Assembly (NCBI GenBank): GCA_964645535.1
Contig: CAZYCQ010000046.1
Coordinates: 1 to 28,044 of the forward strand
Reading direction: 5' to 3'
Length of the DNA: 28,044 nucleotides
Source of the DNA: an uncultured archaeon
Lineage (GTDB): Archaea; Asgardarchaeota; Heimdallarchaeia; Heimdallarchaeales; Kariarchaeaceae
Part shown: piece by piece, positions 8,828-17,781 of the stretch
How the letters are laid out: every line of letters starts with the position of its first letter
How positions within the stretch are numbered: the stretch's first letter is position 1
Program-made: the position numbers and the translations under genes
The notes under the pieces: model-generated
Database searches by the model: none
What the model saw: the letters and a program-made list of their open reading frames with translations, nothing else
Told to the model about the DNA's origin: nothing

Positions 8828-9778
8828 TTGCATGGCTCATTTCGACATTTTTTATACGTCTCTGCACCAAGGAAAAGAAAGGGGTATGCAAAGATAAACA
8901 GATGTGCACATTGCGGGGTTCCCACGGCCCTTCCATTCACTTGCAACCTATGCGGCGAGAAACATTGTCCTGCACACCGATTGCCGGAGCACCATGATTG
9001 TCCCAATGTAGGAATCTACCAGAGTGAGGAATATAGGCGGGCAAAAATCTATCAAATGCAGAGCGAGCCGCCTCAGACCCACATGTTTGTCGGAAGTGAG
9101 GCGGTTCCCCGGCGAACGAACACGCAAGAAATGGAACGAAAACGGTATGAACGGCTATTGTTCATGAATCCGGCACTCATTTCCTTTGGCAGGGAGGCGG
9201 TGGATCTTGTCATTGCCTTTCTGCTGATTTTTTGGGGCATCAGTTTCTATGGGATTTTTACGGGTAGTGAAACCTTTGTGGATGCTTTGGCGTTCGGACT
9301 TGCAGTTGCACCCGCCTTCATCCTGCATGAGCTCGGTCACAAGTACATGGCAATCAATTACGGTAGGTACGCACGGTTTGCCATGATCAAGAATTTTGCG
9401 GTTTTGACCTTCATGATGGGGTTCTTTCCATTCTTCATCGGTACTCCAGGAGCGACCATGATTCTTGGAAGACCTCCCAACAGACGCGAGAACGGTCTGT
9501 TCAGCATTGCAGGCCCAGGAGTCAATTTTGTCCTTGCTGTTTTCTTTATGTTGGTGCACCCCTTGGCAGCCAATGGACCGGAATTCGTGTACCTGTTTGT
9601 TGATGTCTCCATTTTTGTCAATATCATCTTAGGACTGTTCAATCTTCTTCCCTTTTCCATCATTGACGGCAAGAAGATCTGGAATTGGTCGAGAACGGTC
9701 TGGATACTCTGTGTACTGGCATTCGTATTCCTTTTCATGGTATATCTCCCGATTTCTTTCTATTTGAGTTCCGTATAG
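8828..9778 (+). CDS. AN1-type zinc finger fused to M50 (site-2 protease) intramembrane metalloprotease
   Basis: AN1: CAHC..LPFTCNLCGEKHCPAHRLPEHHDC. M50: HELGH, SIAGPGVN, FNLLPFSIIDG.K. Start uncertain (TTG 8828). Confidence 0.88.
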   Translation: MHGSFRHFLYVSAPRKRKGYAKINRCAHCGVPTALPFTCNLCGEKHCPAHRLPEHHDCPNVGIYQSEEYRRAKIYQMQSEPPQTHMFVGSEAVPRRTNTQEMERKRYERLLFMNPALISFGREAVDLVIAFLLIFWGISFYGIFTGSETFVDALAFGLAVAPAFILHELGHKYMAINYGRYARFAMIKNFAVLTFMMGFFPFFIGTPGATMILGRPPNRRENGLFSIAGPGVNFVLAVFFMLVHPLAANGPEFVYLFVDVSIFVNIILGLFNLLPFSIIDGKKIWNWSRTVWILCVLAFVFLFMVYLPISFYLSSV

Positions 9779-9814
9779 CCAAAACATTTTTCTCGTTGGA
9801 GTCATGGCCAACTC

Positions 9815-10186
9815 ATGGATGAAAGATCGACTGCTGGAATTGTGGGCTTCCTCTATGGATTGATTTTTTCGGCATCTTTCGGCTTTCTTGTGGAACTGCT
9901 TCAGGTTTTCATCAACATTTTGCTTTTTGGATTGCCGATATTCGCCGCCTTTTATTTCCCGAAACAATTTCCACAAAGCTATAGGCAGGCCAACCGCTTC
10001 AGCTATCTTGGAATTCTGCTCGGAGGAATCATAAATGCAGCCATTATCCTTCAAGAAGCGACAGGATTCGCAGCCATTGCCGCGATCCTGATCATTCCCA
10101 TGACCATTATCTACATCATCGGCTATGCATTCGTCATCTTCCTTCTTCATCGTCTCCTTGTCCATCCGGATCGGAATTCACTTTGA
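9815..10186 (+). CDS. Small hypothetical membrane protein (~4 TM)
   Basis: 123 aa, mostly hydrophobic, co-oriented with flanking genes. Confidence 0.65.
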   Translation: MDERSTAGIVGFLYGLIFSASFGFLVELLQVFINILLFGLPIFAAFYFPKQFPQSYRQANRFSYLGILLGGIINAAIILQEATGFAAIAAILIIPMTIIYIIGYAFVIFLLHRLLVHPDRNSL

Positions 10187-10227
10187 GGTCTAAAAAAGAT
10201 TAATTAGTTCCAGGTACAGTAAAACAT

Positions 10228-10617
10228 ATGCAAGCACGCAAGATTTCCCTCATAGGTGGTTTTGCCTATGGCTTTGCATACCTACCGATTTATTATTGGA
10301 TCATTTCGTTTTTTATGGGATTTCGACTTGACGATGCAGGAATCTTTGCAGGATATATTTGGATTGTATCAGCACCCATTATCTCGGGTTTCCTTTTTCG
10401 CAAGTCGATCAGGAATGCGGAAAAGGTGATTCAAGCAAGCTTTTGGGGAGCTATGGTTTATGGACCCGTTACAGCAGGGGTTCAGCAACTCATGGGATGG
10501 ACACGAGATATTTCCGTAGAATTATATCTGGCGTTAAACATTCTGCTAGCAATCGTCTACATTTTTGCAACCCTGTTGGTCATGCAGATAGGAGAATGGA
10601 TGGGAAAAGCCAATTGA
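10228..10617 (+). CDS. Small hypothetical membrane protein (~4 TM)
   Basis: 129 aa, four hydrophobic segments; similar size and topology to 9815..10186 (both have an early 'GF.YG'). Confidence 0.65.
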   Translation: MQARKISLIGGFAYGFAYLPIYYWIISFFMGFRLDDAGIFAGYIWIVSAPIISGFLFRKSIRNAEKVIQASFWGAMVYGPVTAGVQQLMGWTRDISVELYLALNILLAIVYIFATLLVMQIGEWMGKAN

Positions 10618-10679
10618 TGGGCATTTTTCCCGCTTGCAAGGTCAAGGTTCTAAACATCAACAGTTTCATTGGAGCTTGA

Positions 10680-11627
10680 ATGACGTATTTCGGGGTACAG
10701 ATCGAGCCTCAATTCGGATACAACCTTCAACAGATCAGTGACATCTGCATTGCAGCTGAACAGAATGGCTTCAGTCATGCATGGTTCAGCGATCATTTCA
10801 TGCTGACCAAGGATTCCACCGATGTCATAGCCTATGAGGCTTTCGCAACCATGATGGCAGCTGCCTCATGGACCAGCAATCTGAGAATTGGTTCCTTGGT
10901 GTTCTGCAATAACTATCGGCATCCAGCAGTCCTTGCCAAGCAGGTCGTGACCTTGGATCATTTTTCTGGAGGACGTGTGGAATTCGGCTATGGAGCTGGA
11001 TGGAAACAGATCGAGTATGAAGCCTATGGCATTCCCTTTCCATCTGCAGGAACAAGAATCCGGATGATGAGTGAGGGATTGGATGTGATCCGCAAGCTTT
11101 GGACAGAGGAATGTGCAAACTATGAAGGCGAATTCTACCGTCTTAAAAATGCGGTTGCATATCCCAAACCGATGCAGGAACCTCATCCCCCTATATGGGT
11201 GGGGACAATGGAAGCCAAGGAGAAAATGCTCAACGTGATTGCCCAAAAGGCAGATGGAATTAACATTGCATGGTCCTTCTCCCCAGAAGTCTACCAGGAA
11301 AAATTGGAGAAAATCAATGCATTCTGCGAAAAGCATGGAAGAGACCCTTCAACCTTGAAGAAATCCTATGGGGTATGGACACGGATCTATGCTGATGAAG
11401 AGGAGAAGATGAAGGCGTGGAAAGAGATCTGCGAACGACGGGGGATTACCATGGATCAATTGGAAAAACGGATGGAAGGAGCTCTCCATGGCACTGTTGA
11501 GGAGATTGTGGACAAGCTCAAGGCATATAAGCAATTGGGCATTACCCACTTCATTTTCATGTTTCCACAGAACCAAGAGATCGAATCCATGGAGATATTT
11601 GCCGACAAGGTCATCTCAAAAGTGTGA
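10680..11627 (+). CDS. Luciferase-like monooxygenase (LLM) class, probably F420-dependent oxidoreductase
   Basis: AEQNGF..AWFSDHF, LRIGSLV..N.YRHPAVLAK...TLDH.SGGRV.FG.GAGW...EY.AYG, PKP.Q.PHPPIWVG. Confidence 0.9.
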   Translation: MTYFGVQIEPQFGYNLQQISDICIAAEQNGFSHAWFSDHFMLTKDSTDVIAYEAFATMMAAASWTSNLRIGSLVFCNNYRHPAVLAKQVVTLDHFSGGRVEFGYGAGWKQIEYEAYGIPFPSAGTRIRMMSEGLDVIRKLWTEECANYEGEFYRLKNAVAYPKPMQEPHPPIWVGTMEAKEKMLNVIAQKADGINIAWSFSPEVYQEKLEKINAFCEKHGRDPSTLKKSYGVWTRIYADEEEKMKAWKEICERRGITMDQLEKRMEGALHGTVEEIVDKLKAYKQLGITHFIFMFPQNQEIESMEIFADKVISKV

Positions 11628-11693
11628 AATCTTATCTTCCGATTGACTGGGAAGACTTCCAAAGGTTGAAAACGATCAAGGAGATCCAGACAT

Positions 11694-12518
11694 ATGAACA
11701 TTCAGGTTTCGAATGATGATGGCATCCAATCCTCAGGCATCCGCCATTTGGCCTTGGCGGCTAAACGGATGGGAAAGGTAACTATCGTCACACCAGAAAC
11801 ACAGCAGACAGCTCAAGGCAAGTCCCTCACCTTCAATTCGCCGATACGTATCCATAAGGTTGAAGTAGATGGATTGGAAGCCTATGGTCATTCGGGAGTA
11901 CCGGCAGATTCCCTGATCCTCTATGAACATTTCACTGGAAAGACCCCGGATGTGGTACTGTCAGGCATCAATGGAGGGGAAAACACCTCAGTCCACAGCA
12001 TTCTCACCTCAGGAACCTGTGGAGTGGCCATGGAGGCAGGTCTCAGAAACATTCCGGCATTTGCCTTCTCAATGGATGTGCCGGAGGAATATTTCTTTGC
12101 CAAGTCACTGCCGTTCGATATGGAAACCATTGCCAATATTGCAGTCGATGTAGCAAAGGTTTTTCTTGAAGCACCAAAAGATTTCTGGAACAGAATCCTG
12201 TTTGTCAATGTCAATTTCCCCCATGAGGTCAACCATGAAACCAAGATGGAAGTGGTCGGTCTTGAAACCTATAAATACATCAACTATCTAGTGGAACGGA
12301 TTGATCCCAAAGGAGAGCAGTATTTCTGGTTATGGGGAGAAAAACGGAAGGACTGGCAGAAGGACAAGGATAGTTACAAGGTCATCTTTGACAATACGAT
12401 TACGATCACCCCGGTCACGTTCGGGATATATGAAAAGACCCTGAATGCCGCCAAAGACGTACTCAAGGAAAGTAAACTGACAGAGACCATCAAGGAATAC
12501 TTTACTGAACCTCGATGA
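11694..12518 (+). CDS. surE: 5'/3'-nucleotidase SurE
   Basis: N-terminal SNDDGI.S.GI, G.PAD, PD.V.SGIN.G.N, SGT.G.A.EA, NVNFP, R.DP.G..Y.WL.G. Confidence 0.93.
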   Translation: MNIQVSNDDGIQSSGIRHLALAAKRMGKVTIVTPETQQTAQGKSLTFNSPIRIHKVEVDGLEAYGHSGVPADSLILYEHFTGKTPDVVLSGINGGENTSVHSILTSGTCGVAMEAGLRNIPAFAFSMDVPEEYFFAKSLPFDMETIANIAVDVAKVFLEAPKDFWNRILFVNVNFPHEVNHETKMEVVGLETYKYINYLVERIDPKGEQYFWLWGEKRKDWQKDKDSYKVIFDNTITITPVTFGIYEKTLNAAKDVLKESKLTETIKEYFTEPR

Positions 12519-13416
12519 AGATCTTCTCTTTTTTCAGAAAGCCGAAACGGGAGATAAGCTCCTCTTCGAGTTTGTCAATATGCTCCGCAAGGTCTCCTCT
12601 TTCAATTTCGTCATTGAATTCCAAGTCCAATGCCAAAATGATGTCGTTTGGACCCAGAAGCATGGTCTTGATGTCATGAATTTCTTTCAGACCTTTGAAT
12701 TCACCGACTGCATCCTTGATCTTTTCGAACAGCGTGGGATGGACACTTTTGCCGATCAGGTATCGCTTGTTTTCACGGGCAAGCAAGAGCCCTCCAACCA
12801 TCAGTAAGAGTCCAATCACCATTGAAGTGAGACCATCCCAGAAAGGATCATGGAGGAAAAACGACAGAAGGGTTCCAACAAAGGCAATGACAAGCCCTGC
12901 GAGCGCCAAAAGATCTTCGACAAACACCGAAAGGAGAACTGGATCCTGCATCTCGTCCAAGGCATCCAAGAGGTCTTCACTTTTCATCTTTTTCTGGAAT
13001 GCCTTCACTTCCTTGAGAGCTGTCCAAGATGAAAAGGATTCCAAGAGAATTCCGATACCCAGAACCAAGAGATTCCAGAGAAGATGGGTACTGTCCAATG
13101 GTTCATGGTCACCACTCTGCAACCTATGTAAGCCTTCATTGAATGCAAGGGTTCCGGAGATGCCGAAGATCAGGATAGCCACAACAAATGCCCAAAAGAA
13201 CTGTACCTTCTGGTACCCAAAAGGATGGCTCCGATCCGGTTTTTTGTAGCTCCTTCTGATACCAACCCAAAGAAGAATTTGGTTGAATGTATCCGCAAAG
13301 CTGTGATATGCCTCCGCAATCATGGCTGCTGAGCCGGAGAGGACCCCAGCCACCAACTTGGTGACACCCAGCATGAAATTGGCGAACATCGCAGCATAAA
13401 GTGATTCTTTTGCCAT
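12502..13416 (-). CDS. Cation diffusion facilitator (CDF) metal transporter, ZnT9/SLC30A9-like motif set
   Basis: SGSAAM.AEA.HS.AD..NQ, HPFGY, TM5 'VFVED', D...S..IG.LL, C-terminal dimerisation domain (KTM.LGP). Confidence 0.92.
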   Translation of the reverse strand: MAKESLYAAMFANFMLGVTKLVAGVLSGSAAMIAEAYHSFADTFNQILLWVGIRRSYKKPDRSHPFGYQKVQFFWAFVVAILIFGISGTLAFNEGLHRLQSGDHEPLDSTHLLWNLLVLGIGILLESFSSWTALKEVKAFQKKMKSEDLLDALDEMQDPVLLSVFVEDLLALAGLVIAFVGTLLSFFLHDPFWDGLTSMVIGLLLMVGGLLLARENKRYLIGKSVHPTLFEKIKDAVGEFKGLKEIHDIKTMLLGPNDIILALDLEFNDEIERGDLAEHIDKLEEELISRFGFLKKEKIFIEVQ

Positions 13417-13551
13417 GCAATTTCATTCGGAGAGGTGAATTAAAAGGTTATGATTTCATTGATAAGAATATATGAATTTTCATTGTAATAGCTGTTTTCC
13501 GATACAAATGAGAGAGCTGAGACTTTATTAGGGGATGAAGGCTACAGGAAA

Positions 13552-14460
13552 TTGGTGCATCCCCTAAGTCATAGGTTGAAGGAACAGAACGACCATCACC
13601 TCTTCAATAGGAGATGGTTGGTTGATCTGAAAGAAGCAGATCTTTCCCTACCCGCATATGCAATCATCAACGGATGGATGGCCTATATCGAAAGCAACCA
13701 ATGGTTTCAGGACGAACTCAAGGGAAAGGTCAATATCTTCTCCTACGAAGCCCGCGGCACCGGAAAATCACCCAAGAACGGTCGGTTGGATCCCGTACAG
13801 TATGCCATCGATGCAGACAGAATCATTGGAGAAGCATTCAAAGAATATGATCAATTGGCAAAGGAACAGGGAATAACTCCAGGATCAAAAATCATCCAAG
13901 CCAACTGCATGGGAACCCTCCCATTGGCAACCATGTTTGCCGCAAAGTTGCCTTTGAGCAGAAAGGTGGATGGAGTGGTGCTTCTTTCACCAGTCAGTAC
14001 CTTCAATCTTCCATGGAAGATCAAGTTCGGTTTCTTCGTGCCCCCGTTGCTTGCGAAAGTGCTGCGCAGGTATGTGGCACCGATCGTGGTTCGAAGGATA
14101 GCCCCCAAGGAGGAATCGGAACGATCACGGCAGGAATCACTCAAACGGTTGAACAGCATCGATCTAGGTGTCGCAGGAAAACAGGCGCGGGAAGTGCTGT
14201 GGAAAGCAGACGTTACCCCATTCTGGAAGACCATCAAGGTACCGGCACTCATTCTTGTTTCGGATTCGGATCCCCTTGTCCGACTGGAGGAATCCGTTGA
14301 GGTTTATCACCGCCTCCCGTTTCCCATCTGGATGCAAATGACCGCTCCAGACCATTTGATTCTTGAAGACAACATTGACAAGGTCAAGGTGTTCCTACCG
14401 GAATTTGCGGCAAATCCTTGGAATTTTTACGAAAAGAACAAGCATCGAAAGCCTATGTGA
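13552..14460 (+). CDS. Alpha/beta-hydrolase fold protein with Cys at the nucleophile elbow
   Basis: INGW (oxyanion region), YEARGTGKS, elbow IQANCMG, GVVLLSP, IKVPALILVSDSDPLV (acid), APDHL (His). Confidence 0.78.
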   Translation: MVHPLSHRLKEQNDHHLFNRRWLVDLKEADLSLPAYAIINGWMAYIESNQWFQDELKGKVNIFSYEARGTGKSPKNGRLDPVQYAIDADRIIGEAFKEYDQLAKEQGITPGSKIIQANCMGTLPLATMFAAKLPLSRKVDGVVLLSPVSTFNLPWKIKFGFFVPPLLAKVLRRYVAPIVVRRIAPKEESERSRQESLKRLNSIDLGVAGKQAREVLWKADVTPFWKTIKVPALILVSDSDPLVRLEESVEVYHRLPFPIWMQMTAPDHLILEDNIDKVKVFLPEFAANPWNFYEKNKHRKPM

Positions 14461-15745
14461 ATACTTCCTTGACGACAGTGTCAACTTCCTTGGGAAATTC
14501 CTCAACCGCCCCGCTTGAGCTGACACCATAGGTCTGGATCAATTCCCGCAAGTGGTTGGAAAAGATATGCAGCGATTGCCTGACATAGAAACAGGGAGCG
14601 GTGACAATCACACCGACAGTCCAAACCTTGCCGTTGTTTACCACCTTTTCAACAAGAAAGGCACGATCTTCAAGTTCGACTTCATTGAAGTTTGATTCCT
14701 TGCCTGCGATCTCGTTGAAAACCGTAAAAATGGCGGAGATCACACTGCCTTTCAGGTAGGCTGCGGTTGCACTTTCCATACCTCGATCTTTCTTGAGAAA
14801 GTCATAGGAGTAGACTGTAACGCCGGATTCATTGACTACCAGCAATTCAAGGACAGGAGTTGCCAAAACCGAGATGTAGTTGGGATTACGTGTATAGATC
14901 ACCATCAGAGGAATCAAAAAGGTGATCAGGATGAGCGGAAACTGTACATTCATGGGAAGATTCAATGCCGTATCAATTGCGAACAGGATCATGCCCATGG
15001 TAAGCCCTGCAAGACTGGCAAATTGAATCTGCGCATCCATGGTCACCCCGCCTTCAAGAATATCATAGTTTTTCAGGCTCTGGTAGTACGAGACCGTTCC
15101 GAAAACGGATGCAAAAAGCATTCCGCCCAAAAACAGAAGAGTGCTCACGAAAAAGGCCAATAATCCCATGTGGATATAGTCTTCTCCTGAAAGAATACTG
15201 GCAAGGCCGACTACAAAGGCAGGGGAGATGGAAGCAATGACCGGAACCACACGTTTCAAGGGTGGATAGGGGTTGGTCTGGAACTCAAGATGCAGATAGA
15301 AAACAAAAACAAACATGGCCATCAGTTGAAACCAGATCGAATCATGAAGCCAACTGTTGATTGTTCGAGTACCGTTGGCCAGTAGGTCAATAATCCCCGA
15401 CCAGAGAAACATCAAGCCACCTAGCGAGATTGAACAGATGAATAGCAGGTTATTTACCCGATTGGACCGCCGTATCGATGTTGAAAGCATCAGCCCTACG
15501 AAAGTGAAGAGAAGTGCTGCACCAATAAAATGGTAAGGAACAAAGGTGCCGATGGCCCACCATCTGAAATCGCTCCAGATCTTGCTCACGACCGGGATGG
15601 AAAGTATTGCGGTTTCCAGAACAATCAAGGCAACCGCTACGAAGAACGGAGTGCCGACTGTCTCAACAAACCCTTTTTCTGTTTTTGCTCCACTGTTTGT
15701 CAACACCACGGTGTTGTTTTTTGACCGAATAAAGTTAGTGGACAA
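14453..15745 (-). CDS. 7(+1)-TM membrane protein with C-terminal longin-like domain
   Basis: About 8 hydrophobic segments, then 'LELLVVNESGVTVYSYDF...LKGSVISAIFTVFNEI...FNEVELEDRAFLVEK...TVGVIV...VRQSLHIFSNHL', a beta-beta-alpha-beta-beta-beta-alpha-alpha longin pattern. Confidence 0.7.
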   Translation of the reverse strand: MSTNFIRSKNNTVVLTNSGAKTEKGFVETVGTPFFVAVALIVLETAILSIPVVSKIWSDFRWWAIGTFVPYHFIGAALLFTFVGLMLSTSIRRSNRVNNLLFICSISLGGLMFLWSGIIDLLANGTRTINSWLHDSIWFQLMAMFVFVFYLHLEFQTNPYPPLKRVVPVIASISPAFVVGLASILSGEDYIHMGLLAFFVSTLLFLGGMLFASVFGTVSYYQSLKNYDILEGGVTMDAQIQFASLAGLTMGMILFAIDTALNLPMNVQFPLILITFLIPLMVIYTRNPNYISVLATPVLELLVVNESGVTVYSYDFLKKDRGMESATAAYLKGSVISAIFTVFNEIAGKESNFNEVELEDRAFLVEKVVNNGKVWTVGVIVTAPCFYVRQSLHIFSNHLRELIQTYGVSSSGAVEEFPKEVDTVVKEVFT

Positions 15746-15883
15746 AAAGACAGGCTATGCCCAATATTTACGCAAAAAAATATATTTTTGTAGCAGACTG
15801 CCCAACCCAAGAGATTGATGCAGCATTTTTGTCAGAGGATTGGACTAGCAATAAATAGCAAAAAAGCATGTATTTTAACCGAT

Positions 15884-16996
15884 ATGAAAAGAATAGTTAT
15901 CCTGGCAACCCTATTGATCTTTGCCTCGGCCATTGCACCAACTATAGCAGAAGAATCCGCCAAAAACGGACTGTTCCCCACAGACAAGGGATCATCGGTG
16001 GCGGTCAATGTCACTCTGACCCATGATGGTTTGGTCAATGGTGTGCCGACAATGCAGGTCAACAAGACCTATCATCTGAATGTCACCTTGAAAGTGGAGG
16101 CATTGGGACAGGACGTACAGGACATCCACGATATCACAGTCACCACCAGCATGACCAAGACCAATGTCCTCCAAAAAACCACGTATTATCACTCAGGGAT
16201 CTATGTAGATACCGAATCCACTCTGAAAGCAGGAGATACATGGTATGCCACCATTGAGATTGTCCCGTTGGGACCTGCCGAAACTGTAGAGGGCGTTACC
16301 CTTTCAGTAGTCGTCAGCCTCAAGGAAAATGTCAAGCTGAATCTCGATCCAAAGACAGAGTTCAATCCTTTCAATTATGAGATCATCCTCAATCCCGACG
16401 GCAACACATTCACCATCACCGATTTTGCTGATGGAGTGAAGGTCAATCGCTCAGTTGTCACCTTTCTCAGCAAGGAGTCGCAAGTCAATTTCACCATAGT
16501 GTTCGGTGCAGAGGAAATCAACAACGAGACCGAAAAACCAGTCGTCAGATCTAATGTCAAGTACAGCCTGTACTTCTACCTGAAGGTGCTCAAACTCGGT
16601 CCAGATGCCGAAGACGTTCATGATATCGAAATCTCACTGCTCATGGTCGATGAATCATTAACTGATATTCTCCCCAATTCGGACTCGAAATATTACTTCG
16701 CCATGACTTTGGCCACGGATGCCAAATTGGGTGAAGGGGACAGCATTGAACGTTCCTCGATGCTGTATATTTCCTCCAATGTACAAGATACCAATCCAAA
16801 ACTGAAAGTTAATGTCAAGGCAAAGGAAGGAGTTCCCAATTTTATCGATCCCACCTCCACCATTGCAGATTTCAACATTGAACTCCATTTGAACCCCAAG
16901 GAGAAGACAACAGATACAGTGGGTGCACCAATTCAATACACCTTCCTTCCCATTCTGGCAATGATTGCCTTAATTCAGCGCAGAAGACGGATATAA
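15884..16996 (+). CDS. Secreted cell-surface protein with two tandem beta-rich (Ig-like) repeats and a C-terminal CTERM-type sorting tail
   Basis: Signal peptide from ATG 15884 (MKRIVILATLLIFASAIAPTIA); internal duplication; tail 'TTDTVGAP.IQYTFLPILAMIALIQRRRRI'. Confidence 0.75.
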   Translation: MKRIVILATLLIFASAIAPTIAEESAKNGLFPTDKGSSVAVNVTLTHDGLVNGVPTMQVNKTYHLNVTLKVEALGQDVQDIHDITVTTSMTKTNVLQKTTYYHSGIYVDTESTLKAGDTWYATIEIVPLGPAETVEGVTLSVVVSLKENVKLNLDPKTEFNPFNYEIILNPDGNTFTITDFADGVKVNRSVVTFLSKESQVNFTIVFGAEEINNETEKPVVRSNVKYSLYFYLKVLKLGPDAEDVHDIEISLLMVDESLTDILPNSDSKYYFAMTLATDAKLGEGDSIERSSMLYISSNVQDTNPKLKVNVKAKEGVPNFIDPTSTIADFNIELHLNPKEKTTDTVGAPIQYTFLPILAMIALIQRRRRI

Positions 16997-17048
16997 AGAC
17001 GAATTGAAGACCAATTCATTTTTTAATTGAACAACCTCCCTTGGGTAC

Positions 17049-17732
17049 ATGTACAACTATCAGATAGTCGGAGGAGAAACCTTTGCAGAACTGCATGTCC
17101 AACTGAATCCAGGAGAGGCAATCAGGGCAGAAACCGGTGTCATGTCCTACATGGACGGAACTGTGCAGATTGAGACTTCGTCCGGAGGGATTCTTACAGG
17201 GATCAAACGCAAGTTTTCAGGGGAATCCTTCTTCCTGAACACTTTTACAGGACCTGGAAAGATCGTTTTCGCCCCACCTTTTCCCGGTTCAATTCAGGCC
17301 TTTGAGATCACTCCCGACAGTGCCATGATTCTCCAACAGGGATCCTATCTTGCGGGAAGCCTCAATGTCAAGATCTCATCCAAATGGGGAGGCTTCCGCA
17401 GTATCTTTGCAGGGGAAGGGGCATTCCTGACACATGCCTCCGTGGAGGAGGGAAAGGGGATTTTCTTCACAGGTGCCTCGGGAATTGTGGTTCGCCATGA
17501 AATCCCACCTGGACAGGAATTTGTGGTGGATACCGGCATCTTCTTCGCCACTACCGAAAACGCCCAATTTAAGCTCTCAAGAGTGGGAAAAGGAAAATCC
17601 TTTCTTTTTGGTGGCGAGGGACTGGTTCTTCGGTTCTTCGGACCTTGTGTAGTCTATACCCAATCCCGGGTGCCGTTCCATTTCCTTTTCCGCAGTGGAT
17701 CTGGAGGAAGTGCTTTGGATCTGATCACTTGA
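17049..17732 (+). CDS. AIM24 / TIGR00266 (DUF124) family protein
   Basis: L.V.LNPGE.I.AE.G.M.YM, KR.FSGES.F.N.F, FAP.FPG, Q.G.YLA, F.GEG.F, VVDTG, FGGEGLV.RF.GP..VY.QSR. Confidence 0.92.
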   Translation: MYNYQIVGGETFAELHVQLNPGEAIRAETGVMSYMDGTVQIETSSGGILTGIKRKFSGESFFLNTFTGPGKIVFAPPFPGSIQAFEITPDSAMILQQGSYLAGSLNVKISSKWGGFRSIFAGEGAFLTHASVEEGKGIFFTGASGIVVRHEIPPGQEFVVDTGIFFATTENAQFKLSRVGKGKSFLFGGEGLVLRFFGPCVVYTQSRVPFHFLFRSGSGGSALDLIT

Positions 17733-17781
17733 CCATTGCCTAAAGAATTATCTTATAATTTCAAGACACTTCATTCCTCCA

